The notes under the pieces: generated by a model | The model's database searches: none | Seen by the model: only the letters and a program-made list of their open reading frames with translations | What the model was told of the DNA's origin: nothing | Assembly (NCBI GenBank): GCA_002269645.1 | Contig: NIVC01000023.1 | Span: 248,001-312,000 of the forward strand | DNA: 64,000 nucleotides | Source: Macrostomum lignano | Lineage: Eukaryota | Direction of reading: 5' to 3' | Made by a program: the position numbers and the translations under genes | Part shown: in pieces, positions 57,900 through 64,000 of the stretch | Layout of the letters: every line of letters begins with the position of its first letter | How positions within the stretch are numbered: the first letter of the stretch is position 1

Positions 57900-60700
57900 T
57901 TTCAACCATAGAAGAGCCAACATATCGAACATAAGAGTTACCATGTCAAACATAGAAGAGCCACCATGTCAAACATAAAAGAGCCACCATGTCGAACATA
58001 AAAGAGCCACCATGTCGAACATAAAAGAGCCACCATTTCGAACATTAAAGAGCCACCATGTCGAACATTAAGGAGCCGCCATGTCAAACATTTAAGAGCC
58101 ACCATGTCGAACATAAAAGAGCCACCATTTCGAACATTAAAGAGCCGCCATGTCGAACATTAAAGAGCCGCCATGTCAAACATTTAAGAGCCACCATGTC
58201 GAAAATTAAAGAGCCACCATTTCGAACATTAAAGAGCCACCATGTCGAACATTAAAGAGCCGCCATGTCAAACATTTAGGAGCCACCATTTCGAACATTA
58301 AAGAGCCACCATGCGAACATTAAAAAGCCGCCATGTCAAACATTTAAGAGCCACCATGTCGAACATAAAAGAGCCACCATTTCGAAAATTAAAGAGCCAC
58401 CATGTCGAACATTAAAGAGCCGCCATGTCAAACATTTAGGAGCCACCATGTCAAACATAAAAGAGCCACCATGTCGAACCTTTAAGAGCCACCATGTCGA
58501 ACATAAAAGAGCCACAATTTCGAACATTAAAGAGCCACCATGTCGAACATTAAAGAGCCGCCATGACAAACATTTAGGAGCCACCATGTCAAACATTAAA
58601 GAGCCACTTTGTCGAACATTAAAGAGCCACCATGTCAAACATAAAAAGCCAACATGTCAGACATTAAAAAGCCACCGTATCAAACATAAAAGAGTCACCA
58701 TGTAGAACAAAAAAGATCCACCATGTCGAACATTAAAGAGCCACCATGTCAAACATAAAGAGCGACCATGTCGAACATAAAGAGCCACCATGTCAAACAT
58801 AACGAGCCACCATGTCAAAAATTTAGGAGCCACCATGTCAAACATTTAAGAGCCACCATGTAGAGTATTAAAGAGCCACCATGTCGAACATAAAAGAGCC
58901 ACCATGTAGAACATTAAAGAGCCACCATGTCAAACATTTAAGAGCCACCATGTCAAACATATATGTGACTTTATGTTAAACATTAAAGAGCCACCATGTC
59001 GAACATTAAAGAGCCACCATGTCAAACATTAAAGAGCCACCATGTCGAACATTAAAGAGCCACCATGTCCAACATATATGTGACTCCATGTCAAAAATTA
59101 GGGAGCCATCATGTCAAACATAAAAGAGCCGCCATGTCAAACATAAAAGGACCACCATGTCAAACATTAAAGAGCCACCATGTCGAACATTAAAGAGCCA
59201 CCATGTCGAACATTAAAGAGCCACCATGTCAAACATTAAAGAGCCACCATGTCAAACATTAAAGAACCACCATGTCAAACATTAAAGAGCCACCATGTCC
59301 AACATATATGTGACTCCATGTCAAAAATTAAGGAGCCATCATGTCAAACATAAAAGAGCCGCCATGTCAAACATAAAAGGACCACCATGTCAAACATTAA
59401 AGAGCCACCATGTCGAACATTAAAGAGCCACCATGTCGAACATTAAAGAGCCACCATGTCGAACATTAAAGAGCCACCATGTGAAACATTAAAGAACCAC
59501 CATGTCAAACATTAAAGAGCCACCATGTCCAACATATACGTGACTCCATGTCAGACATTAAAGAGCCATCAAGTCAAACATTAAAGAGCCATCATTGCAG
59601 ACAGTAAAGTGCCACCAGGTCAACATTAAAGAGCCACAATGTCAAAAATTAAAGAGCCACCATGTCTAACATTACAGAGCCACCATTTCGAACATTAAAG
59701 AGCCACCATGTCTAACTTTAAGAGCCACCATGTCAGACATTAAAAAGCCACCGTATCAAACATAAAAGAGTTACCATGTAGAACATTAAAGAGCCACCAT
59801 TTCAAACAGTAAAGAGCCACCATGTCAAACATAAAAGAGCCACCATGTCAAACATTAAAAAGCCACTTTGTCTAACATTAAAGAGCCACCATGTCAAACA
59901 TTAAAAAGCCACCATGTCAAACATAAAAGAGCCACCATGTCAAACATAAAATAGCCACCATGTCAGACATTAAAAAGCCACCGTATCAAACATAAAAGAG
60001 TTACCATGTAGAACAAAAAAGCCACCATGTCGAACATAAAAGAGCCACCATGTAGAATATTAAAGAGCCACCATGAAGAACATTAAAGAGCCACCGTGTC
60101 AAACATTTAAGAGCCACCATGTTAAACATAGAAGAGCCATCATGTCAAACATTTAAGAGCCACCATGTCAGACATTAAAAAGCCACCGTATCAAACATAA
60201 AAGAGTTACCATTTCGAACATTAAAGAGCCACCATTTCAAACATAAAAGAGCCACCATGTCAACATTAAAAAGCCACCATGTCGAAAATAAAAGAGCCAC
60301 CATGTAGAATATTAAAGAGCCACCATGAAGAACATTAAAGAGCCACCATGTAAAATATTTAAGAGCCACCATGTCAAACATTTAAGAGCCACCATCTCAA
60401 ACATATTTGTGACTTTATGTCAAACTTTAAAGAGCCACCATTTCGAACATTAAATAGCCACTATGTCAAACATTAGAGAGCCGCCGTGTGAAACATAAGG
60501 AGCCACCAGGTTAAACATTAAAGAGCCACCATGTCAAACAATAAAGAGCCACCATGTAAAACATAAAAGAGCCACCATGTCAGACAATAAAAGCCACCGT
60601 GTCAAACATTAAAGAGCCACCATGTCAACATAAAAGAGCCACCATGTCAAACATCAAAGAGCCACTATGTCAAACATAAAAGATACACAATTTCAAACGT
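57900..60700. repeat. 23-bp satellite (gagccaccatgtc[ag]aacattaaa), about 120 copies
   Basis: Period 23 (58988, 59011, 59034); variant blocks recur. Confidence 0.97.
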
Positions 60701-60772
60701 AAAAGTAAGCGAATTTTAAAGGAGCCACTATAATGCTAAGGAAATTGTCGCACTAGCTACTTATTGTCCGGT

Positions 60773-60880
60773 GGATGCTTGCTATCTGGGGGATGCTTAC
60801 TATTTGGGGGACGCTTGCTATCTGGGGATGCTTGCAATCTGGGGAATGCTTGCTATCTGGGGGATGCTTGCTGTCTTGGG
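60773..60880. repeat. About 18-bp minisatellite (ggatgcttgctatctggg)
   Basis: About 6 imperfect copies. Confidence 0.8.
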
Positions 60881-61094
60881 ATGATTTCTTTTTGCATTGC
60901 ACTTCATTTGAGTATTTTGTGTTTTCTTTGTGAAGGCTTTATTTGGCTATCTTTTTGTTACTTGTAGAGAACAGAGATTCTATACAGATGTCCCCCAACG
61001 GGGGGCGAAGATTGCTAGTAGGAGCTAAGAACGATCTTATCTTATGATGGCTTTATAGAACTAGCCCAATTTCTCTACGGCCTGTGGTGCAGGC

Positions 61095-63466
61095 TGTTGT
61101 AAAGTGAGTTTACTCACTGGTTTGTTTTGCTAGTCGGTGTTTGGGGGTCAAGGGATCCGATGTACATGCGCGCTCTGTTTGTATATGTACATGCGTTCTC
61201 GAGTAAATATAAGAATAGCTCCACCCTTCGGGTGAGGGTTTGAATTTTGTTTGTTGGACTAAACCTGACTGGCTTGTCTCTCGCTCACTACATTTTGGTG
61301 TCGCGCGGAGAAATACATTTATTTGGGCCAGCGTGATTCAGCACAAGTGCGAACTCTAAAATCTGCCAAGTCATGAGCAGCACAGAAGGTGCAAATGCAA
61401 GTGCAATTGGCGACCCACAGCGAGGGTCCCAACAAGCAGCAGCCCAACAGTCAAGCAGAGATACAGCCAACAGAATGAGTGTCAACATTTCGCCACCGCA
61501 GCCGTTTCTGCCAGCCGCTGGAGCACCGCCGATTGAATGGAACCGATGGAAAGCAATGTTCAGCAACTACCTGCTAGCATCGGGAGCCATCGATCTGCCG
61601 GAGCAAAGAAAACAAGCGTTGCTCATCCACTGTTTGGGTGCAGAGGGACAAAACATCTGCATGTCTCTACAGGCCAGCAGCAATCAGGAGGAAGGAGAGC
61701 ATCCGCCATCAACAGTTAATGACACGCTGAAGCTCTTGGACATGCACTTCGGACCCAAGGTCAACGTAGTTGCTGAGAGGCACAGATTCCGACAGAGAGC
61801 TCAGCGACCGGGCGAAAAGATCAGCGACTTCGTTGCCGCGCTGCGAAACCTGGCTTCGAACTGCGACTTCAAGACCTTCCAGGAGGAGATGCTGTGTGAC
61901 CAGCTCGTCGAGAAAGTGCTCAGCAACCACATCAGGGAGCGACTGCTTGTGGAGCCGGAGCTGACCTTGGCGACAGCTGTGCAGTTGGCGGAGCGACTGG
62001 AAACTGGACTGCTGGAGGCCCAGGCCATCAAGGGAGGCAGCCACGCAGACCCAAGCAGCTCGTGTGGAGTCCAGCAGATCAGCAAGGCCAAGAACAGTGG
62101 AGCCGCGGCAAGACAGCACGAGGCACTGAAGCCGACAGCCGACGGCCGGAGCTGCGGCTACTGTGGCTCAGCGGCGCATTTCGGTGGACAGACCTGCCCA
62201 GCAAAGGGGCAGAAGTGCAAGTCCTGCGGTAAGCGTGGGCACTTTGCCAGAGTCTGCAGGAGCGGAAACCGAGTGCGACAGCTTCAGGATGAGTACTCAA
62301 TCTGCGCTGTGGCGACAGCTGCGGCAGCAAGCAAGCACTGCGAAGTGCTGCTGAACGGGAGGCCTGTCAAGCTGCTCGTTGACTCCGGTTCGCGAGTCTC
62401 CATCATCACCTAGAGGACGTACAACAGACTTCTGTCCAACTTGCCCCTGCAGGCGTCATCACGGAAGCTGGTCGCTTTCAACGGCAGCAAGATCTGCGTG
62501 CTTGGTGACATCCTGACCTCGGTGCAACTCAAGGACAAGGTAGTGCCTTACGTCAACCTTAGCGTGGTCAATACCGGATCTGACATCCTGGGGTGCGACC
62601 TCATGGATCAGCTGGGACTGCGGATCGTCACTGCAGACGGTGAGCGAGTGCAGACAGTCGGCACCAGAGCCCTGCCTGACTGGATCCCAGGCCGGTTCGA
62701 CCAGTTGACTCAGGGACTCGGACACATCAAGGGATTTCAGCACAGGCCGCGAGTCAACCCCGCGGTGCAACCGACTGCTCAACCGTTGCGCAGAGTGCCG
62801 CTCAGCTTAAGAGAGTCGGTTCAAAAGAAGTTCAAGTGGCTCAAAAGAACCCGACCGCCCCAATTCCGGGTCGGCGACCTGGTGCAAGTGCGATCTCCGC
62901 GGATGCGAGGCAAGCTGCAGAGCCACGAGTCACCACCTCTATGGGTCAGCGACATCATCAGCCCGACGATCGTCAGGTTAGAGGACGGCTCAAGGTGGCA
63001 CACCAGCCTCTGTATGCCTCATGCGGAGCCCGAGGGTGCCAGCACGACTTCGGCAACGGCAATGCCGCCACAGCCGCCAGTGGCTGCAAAGCCGGCAGAG
63101 CCAGAAGGCCCGACGGACCCGCCGCCGGCGACCGCTGAGGCCGACGTGGAGCTGCGGCGCAGTACGCGACTGCGGGCACCACCGTTGTGGTACGGCTAGG
63201 TCGTGACGCATTGATTGCCAGCTGTGAAGGGAATTTGTTACTGTTAAGGACAATGTCGTGAGGGTGAATGTTGTAGAGTGAGTTTACTCACTGGTTTGTT
63301 TTGCTAGTCGGTGTTTGGGGGTCAAGGGATCCGATGTACATGCGCGCTCTGTTTGTATATGTACATGCGTTCTCGAGTAAATATAAGAATAGCTCCACCC
63401 TTTGGGTGAGGGTTTGAATTTTGTTTGTTGGACTAAACCTGACTGGCTTGTCTCTCGCTCACTACA
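61095..63466 (+). mobile_element. Non-autonomous, internally deleted Ty3/gypsy element (Gypsy-C)
   Basis: 198-bp LTRs at 61095-61292 and 63269-63466 (2 substitutions seen); 5-bp TSD CAGGC; PBS-like TGGTGTCGCG at 61296. Confidence 0.93.
61373..63199 (+). pseudogene. gag: gag-protease-(deleted RT/RH/IN) of Gypsy-C with an in-frame TAG at 62411-62413
   Basis: CGYCGSAAHFGGQTC and CKSCGKRGHFARVC knuckles, VDSGS protease; the RT start (LRRVPLSLRESVQKK) is fused directly to an integrase tail (FRVGDLVQVR). Confidence 0.85.
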
Positions 63467-64000
63467 CAGGCCACCCTTTCGGAATTAAGATGACTTATTT
63501 TCAAGTAGCCAGGAAGAGGTAATTTAAACTATTTCGATCTGAGAGCTTCTCGAGAGTCTGAAAAGTTTTCTACACCTCGTTGAATGAATCGCTAAATGCA
63601 TGTAGCTGAATACCAGCACTGTATGAGCGTACGAGTACAACATGTACTTTCAGTCCGTATCCTTAAAGTAATCAAATTTAATCATTCTGTAACCCTCATC
63701 GTGATCTCCCAGCGCAGCCTACGTGCACCTGAAGCTGTCGTTTAGGCAACCGCAACTGGCAAAGCAGTTAAGAGTTATCAAAGCCAATCAATCAATTGTT
63801 ATTTCTTAATTAAATTAATGCAATAAAGAGATCACCGTATGTACTGTTATCTTTGAGGCAGAAAAATTAGAAATAGCATGGGCAAGACAGGCTAGGCTGC
63901 AGAAGTATGAGAGCTATGTAAAATTAAGAAAGCGTTGACGACAGAGATAAAGAATTGAAGATAGCACGAAAAGGGACCGAAATATGAGGCCAATTGAAAA

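Larger units (their letters stand above)
50455..63920 (+). repeat. Copy 2 of an old tandem segmental duplication (copy 1 = ~12240-48740)
   Basis: Colinear matching blocks: 12240/50455, 16130/50630, 23270/50695, 34890/51075, 36470/52406, 45620/56435, 47940/57285, 48550/63730. Confidence 0.85.

Noticed and set aside
57900-60700. CRISPR-like array
   Set aside because: Units are directly adjacent with no unique spacers; eukaryotic context, no cas genes. The same applies to the 44-bp and 30-bp arrays

Overview
Eukaryotic (invertebrate-looking, intron-containing) genomic DNA; the taxon cannot be established from sequence alone. All family assignments are by-eye motif recognition; no searches were run. 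(1) 36-10031 (+): the 3' portion of an IP3-receptor/RyR-superfamily Ca2+-release channel gene. Its 12 exons plus a candidate 21-nt microexon splice in frame to a stop at 10029-10031. The pore loop reads VLRFGLIGD instead of the canonical GLRxGGG(V/I)GD. (2) 12.4-34 kb: a nested transposon cluster containing a decayed THAP/P-type DNA transposon, a Ty3/gypsy remnant, a near-intact Ty3/gypsy element (16187-23262, textbook -1 frameshift signal, one nonsense codon in gag), and a second Ty3/gypsy element (25371-33263). The Gag polyprotein of the second element carries a complete CSDE1/Unr-type cold-shock domain between the CCHC knuckle and the protease; this is the most striking finding. (3) 36259-43485 (-): a two-exon gene of about 2,370 codons with an unusual architecture: Gly/Ala-rich hydrophobic N-terminus, about 61 x HPALQPTPSG, a degenerate GBP/atlastin-like P-loop domain and a helical C-terminus. 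A truncated, frameshifted paralogue lies at 52.4-56.4 kb. (4) The region ~12.2-48.7 kb is an old tandem duplicate of ~50.4-63.9 kb, so each copy shows the empty site for the other's insertions. (5) A 23-bp satellite (57.9-60.7 kb) and an internally deleted LTR element (61095-63466).
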